From Vezdaea acicularis (taxonomy: Eukaryota), in assembly GCA_026025075.1 (NCBI GenBank), contig JAPEUI010000075.1, positions 1-64,000 on the forward strand: a stretch of 64,000 nucleotides of DNA, written 5' to 3'. The notes below the pieces were generated by a model. The model had not been told where the DNA came from. It saw only the letters and a list, made by a program, of their open reading frames with translations, and ran no database searches. This document shows positions 58,912-64,000 of the stretch, piece after piece (the first letter of the stretch is position 1; every line of letters begins with the position of its first letter). Position numbers and translations under genes: made by a program.

Positions 58912-61735
58912 TCAATCTTCATCCATGTTATCGCCATCATTGATGTTGAACTTCTTTCGACCCGATCCCGTAAGTCGCTGCAGTATAACTTTTTTCACCT
59001 GACGACCAACCTTCTTTTGCATGCCTTCAATCTCCTCCTCTGCGTCTACCGCGTCTGTAGCGGCAAATTCAAGGACTAATCTTCGGCCCAGCAGATGTGT
59101 TTCTTTCAGAGCTTCCATGGCACTTTGAGCTTCTCTTACGGAGGCAAAGTCAACGAATGCAAACCCACGAGCTGAATTGTCGAACTTCTTTGGGACCCTG
59201 ACAGCGCGTATTTGACCATATGCCCCAAATAAAGAGCGCACATCTTTCTTCGCCATTTCGAACGGAAGGTTCTTGATGATGATCTTTGTCCTCCTCCGAG
59301 CCAAATTCTTTGCCTTGTCCTCCGCCTTTCTTTCTTCAGCGGCGTCCAAACCTTTGTGAGAAGCTCTGATGACTAGTCTATGATTATTCAACTCATAGCC
59401 ATTCATTGCAGAAAGAGCTGATTGCGCATTTTCTTTTGTGCGGAACTCTAGAAATCCGAATCCCATACTCAAGAGCTGCCCAGGTCTCTTTGGATCGGGC
59501 TTTGTCTTTACGCGAGCTGATATCAGACCATCAAGGGATCGAAAGGCTGCGATTAAATCTTCAGTCGTAGTAGCGAAGCTCAGATTACGGACAAACAATG
59601 TGGAGGTGTTGATGAGACCATCGTGTGTATCAGCATGTAGGAGATCTACGCTCGAGATTTTGGTTGCTTGCGGAAGTGAGAACGAATCTTTAGCCTCAGA
59701 GTTGGCCACGGGATCTTGCGTGAATATTCCCTTCGGCGCTTTCTCTAAGAATAACACCGAGTCTTTGAATCTAGAATAAGCTAAGCTGGAAAAAGCCGCA
59801 CGGCCATGGGACGGTTGCACAAAACCCACGATTGCAATGGTGCCGGAAGGTGGCATTAGTAGACGGTTGATCTCACCAAACTTCTCAAAAAGCTGCTTTA
59901 GATCCTTCTCCTTAGTACCGTAGGGGAAGTTTTTAACAAGGATTGTCTCATCTTCGCGGCCTCGACTGTGAAAGACCGTGAGGTTAACGCCATTGGCTTC
60001 AAACCACGCTTTGGTCTCTTGGATGATGTGAGTCTCTGCGTGAGCTTGCTTCACTGCAGCTTCAGCTGCTGTTGGGTCAAGTAGAGATGACTTCGGAACG
60101 CCAAAACGATCTGACACGGAAGATAATATTGCGTCCGCGCTCATAAACATTGAATTCCAATTAAATGATGAGGATGCCGCTTCTGCCCTTCTCTTTATCT
60201 GCTTCTGCTTTTTGAGAGGAAGCTGCGATATAGAGAAGTCATCTAGCTTAGTTTTTGTCTTGGCTCTAGCGGGCAGTAAATGTAGGAGTCTCCCCTGAAA
60301 TATGGTGCCATCAAGGGTACGAAAGGCCTCGATGGCTGATTCTGAATCTCCGAAAGAAACATATGCAAACCCTTTGCTATCGCCTTTAGGATTACGGGGA
60401 ATATGAACCTATACCCAGTAGTCAGTAAATTTGACGTCAGTGCTAAGCATGAATGAATTAGCCCCTAAAAGAAAATTCAGAAAAGAGAAGCATCTACTAA
60501 AACGCTCTCCCTTGTGACATCACTTGCATTGCATAAGTTGTCCCTATCTAAGGTTTCATCACGAGTCTTCCCAGCGCCTGCACGCATATATTATAAGACG
60601 GAGCAGTACCATACCTCTTGGACATTCCTTGAAGATGGAAAGAGAGAGAGCAGGTCATCCTCAGTGGCGCTATATGGAAGATTTCGAACGAATAATCGGT
60701 GAGTAGATTGAACCATTTCAATCTGTGAATCTCTTTCTGACCATGTCTGGTCCTCGTCAGCTTCGCTTTCCAGATGTTCAATATTTTCTTGCTGAAGATG
60801 AGTGCTCGCCCCTTTGATCATTAGAGCAGCTTCTGAATCGTTCTCGAATTGAGCGCCACTGTTTACTAGCGGTCTTGCTTGGCTGTGTACACTAGACTCC
60901 TGCTCATTGTCTTCGAGGCCAAGGAGTCTGCTAGTACGTGACCTGAGCCAGTCGGCATCAGCCACGGGCATTAGAGGCGGTGCTGTCCCAGAATCAACCC
61001 CATCTAATCCATTGTTAAGTATAGCAGATGGGTCTATAGGTTTACTGAACATATCTGCATCAAGGCGTTCTGTCTGACCTTCTGCCTGTGATTTGTCTAG
61101 TGATGGTTCTCGTTTTGTACGTCCATGGTTCGCTTTTGGGAGACGCGTTTCATCAAGTTCTAGAGTGAGTGGCTCTGTTTTGGCTGTTTCTAGACAATTA
61201 AATTTGACTTCTGTAGGAACTGCATCGAGTGATGTCTTAGGACGTGAAGCTGGCTGCATGACATCTAGAAAATCGTCCAACCTAGGATCATTTGCGCAAG
61301 GCTCCGTAAGGCCTCGTTTTCTTTTTAAGAGATTTGATGATGGGTTCACGCCACTATCCATAGGGCGCTTGTTAATACTTGCTGGTGACAGGGCAGTAGG
61401 ATCCGCTACGGAGGTGCTTGGAAAACCTTTGGACGGGCCATCTTGGACCTACTTCATGAGTTAGACTGCTTTGATTGTAACAAGAATTTGGTATTGACAT
61501 GTACTGGACGAGCTAGTTCCACTTCAATCTTTGACATCCGAATGAAAGTCTTGTTGAAGTACTTAACGGCTTTCGTAGCCTCGTCTGGTGTCTTGAACCC
61601 CACATAGCCAATACGTCGATGAGGAATCATTCTCGCATCGGTGATATCATGTCGCGCGCCAAAATGCCTTCGAAATTCGTCTTCCGAAAATGAGGGTGGT
61701 AGGCCTCTAATGAAAATTCTCGAAGAGGTTGCCAT
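58912..61735 (-). CDS. MRD1: Multiple-RRM pre-rRNA processing protein Mrd1
   Basis: Five RRMs (SRIFIRGLP, RLFVRNLPY, ILVKNFPY, TLFVRNLSF, KIIIKNLPF). Exons 61735-61505, 61448-60615 and 60408-58912. Confidence 0.95.
60472..60568 (-). ncRNA. snR64: Intronic box C/D snoRNA, snR64/SNORD74-type, predicted guide for LSU rRNA Cm2337 (yeast numbering)
   Basis: Box C GTGATGA 60562-60556; guide TAGATAGGGACA 60550-60539, complementary to conserved LSU UGUCCCUAUCUA; D' CTTA 60537-60534; C' GTGATGT 60523-60517; box D CTGA 60480-60477. It lies in the 206-nt MRD1 intron. Confidence 0.85.
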
Positions 61736-62473
61736 ACTTCCACGCCCTTTGACGTGCAATTTGCGCTGGAAGCTTCATGTAAATAATTGCTCCAAGAAGA
61801 CAAGGCACTGTGCCGTATCATAAGTCTTCGTCCGATTTGGCGAATTCTCCCATCGCGACCCAAACCTGCCACCCACAAGTTAGAGATTCTAGGCGCAATT
61901 TTGCCTAACTCTTGGGAAAATTTCTTGAAAATCTTTTCAAAACCCAACGAGTATCATGCCATGCACTACAATCGAAGCAGATAGAGGGTACACTAGGTTT
62001 TAGCTAACTGAATCCCTTGGATAGTTGAGGAATTTTTTCGCTTATTTTAAAACCGTCCAAAGACTTTACAATATAGAATTGTCACCATCTCTAATTTAAC
62101 GCCAAAAATCGAATCTCTCAAGCCTGTCAAGCCTGTCTCGTAGTGTAGAGTCACGACTTTTTGACAAAACACCAAAATAAGGAGCTGCAGAACCACATGA
62201 TGTGGGCAAGGGTGACAACAAAGCCTGCTATTGTCGCTGTAACTTTGTAACATGCCTTGTTGCGATTATAACCTAAAGCCCGCTTCCAAAGCATTTCGCA
62301 ATGTGTCTCGCCAGGGTCACTTTGTGGCCTTCAAAATTCAGCATCCTGCACCCAGTATGTAGTCAGGATTTGGCTGAGTTCAGACCTAGTGTTGGGGCTA
62401 AATTTAGGCCTTGACGCTTACCCAATACGATATGAGTTTCAATAGTGCTACGATAGACTCAACCATAATGTGA

Positions 62474-62527
62474 AATCAAATCTAGAGTCAAACTTCAAGT
62501 CAAACCTGGAATCAAACCTATAATCAA
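62474..62527. repeat. Degenerate 12-nt tandem repeat (A(A/G)TCAAA core), 4.5 copies
   Basis: aatcaaatctag agtcaaacttca agtcaaacctgg aatcaaacctat aatcaa. Confidence 0.6.
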
Positions 62528-62953
62528 TGTCGGGGGCCGAAGTCAGCCCAGTACTAAAACTGAGGTGGGAATATCGAATGACTTGCACTACAGAATCAAT
62601 ATCTCCTTTTGAACTACGCCCAGAGAAATATCATCATTGCATTAAGATGAGGTTAGACACTTTCCAATCGTATTTAAGTATTGATGGTTTAGGAGAGGCT
62701 CTCTAAACCATCTTTCTCACAACTTCCCGTGTTCGCCCCGCTTTAATCTGGAGTAATGATGTGGGGTATTAAGAACTGATTTGCAGGGAAGTGTGCTGAT
62801 CCATAATCTATGTGACTAGATAAATCCTAGATAATCTTTCGAATGAAAAGCCCGGTTTGCTCGACAGAAGAGTGGTCACGCCTATTATTGGTGCAAATAT
62901 CTTCACCCAGAGTTCCACTCACCCCAAAAAGAGAACGCCTTTGATAAGTCATC

Positions 62954-64000
62954 CTAGACCCCAGGAACATTGAAGTCCGGGAACTGCGGCCAATTGCCCA
63001 ACTCTGCCGGATCTCCTCCAATACGAACCCATGTAGACAAAGAGGGAGTCGGGCCATCAAGGATGAACAGCTGGTGCCACCCAGGGGGGGAGGTGTGCGC
63101 ATTTGGCGGTGCCGTGATAGTACACGTATTACCATTGCAAGAGAAAGCCGGAAATATAGTCCTTTGACCCATGCTATTGCCATGGGTGCTCGCCACCGCA
63201 CCCATCAAAGAGACCCTCAAATTCGCTGTGGAACCTTGCGTGACGACAATTTGATAGGACTGGCCATAGGCCCAATCCTTGTTCTGAATGGTATATGCTG
63301 GTCTTGGTAAGCCGGACAATAAATATGGTGGCCTGAATACTTCAACACGATATTCTTGTGGGAATCGGGTATCTTCGGGATCGGAGCCTGATACTAGGAC
63401 CCGCCCATCTTGGAGAAGTATCGCTTCGGAGTGGTACAATCGAGCGACCGTCGTGTTTGCCATAACACTCATACGTGAGCCCACTGGTTGGCTAGGGTCA
63501 TACAAGACTGCGTTGAGGTTGGGTTGTGTAGCAAGACCGAAGCCAGCACGGCCCTGCTGTCCGCCGTTGAGGATGAGATATGTTCCGTCAGGGAGAGCGG
63601 CGATACACGAGATAACGCGCTTTGAAGGCTATGAGGAAAAGAGGAATCAGCTTGTGTCAGCGAAATAGACTATTCACAATGATACATTGACTCTGATCTG
63701 ACTTACCATACGCTCAATTGTCCACTTCGGATTGCCCACCTCGGGTTGAATTGATACGCAGTTGTCGAGAGCAATCTCTGGCCCCGGAATCGACCCACCG
63801 CAGATCATCACTGTCAGTGGATCGGAATAGGGTGCATGCTGAGGCATCAGCACTGTCGTGCCTTCAAATGGATATGTGCGTCCGCCCAGAAAATCATTGA
63901 CAGCACCAGGGATATTCGGCAAGGTTTTTGCCGTTGCGAAGGTGGATTCATCCAGAACTCTGGCCTCGTTATAGTATGCGATGAACACACCACCCGAGGG
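62954..64000 (-). CDS. Copper radical oxidase (glyoxal oxidase-like, AA5_1), 3' part only
   Basis: [21 protein letters not shown]; copper-ligand motif [42 protein letters not shown]. Intron 63629-63706. The gene continues beyond the window. Confidence 0.92.

Noticed and set aside
1..64000. tRNA, rRNA, transposase/retroelement or secondary-metabolite cluster
   Set aside because: No cloverleaf/T-loop, rRNA, RT/integrase/DDE, PKS or NRPS signatures were seen by eye; a formal scan was not possible.

Overview
Gene-dense eukaryotic DNA from a filamentous ascomycete (Pezizomycotina, inferred from short GT-AG introns with CTRAY branch points and from the gene families). I can model 21 spliced protein-coding genes. 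In order: Sln1/TcsB-type hybrid histidine kinase (5' truncated), an oversized Nup2-type nucleoporin, a Ser-rich tail-membrane hypothetical protein, Nit2/Nit3 omega-amidase, a PPIL4/Rct1-type RRM protein, a Zn2Cys6 factor, RPS24, EFM3, a membrane DnaJ protein, RPA43, a coilin-like protein, an AIF-like Rieske oxidoreductase, a Gly-rich GPI protein, a Munc13/C2 protein, lipin, TAF9, CMC1, UTP11, a GH5 exo-glucanase, a TEA/AbaA-like factor and MRD1. The window ends in the 3' part of a 22nd gene, an AA5 copper radical oxidase. I saw no tRNA, rRNA, CRISPR array or transposase. Most notable observations: (1) a snR64/SNORD74-type C/D snoRNA inside an MRD1 intron; (2) a PPIL4 orthologue apparently lacking its cyclophilin domain; (3) a 1-kb series of different tandem arrays directly behind NUP2, including an 80-nt unit carrying a perfect 15-bp hairpin; (4) an identical three-box motif set in two bidirectional promoters next to ribosome-related genes; (5) a TEA domain with a roughly 43-aa loop insertion. 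All family calls come from recalled motifs, not database searches, and exon boundaries were read by eye.
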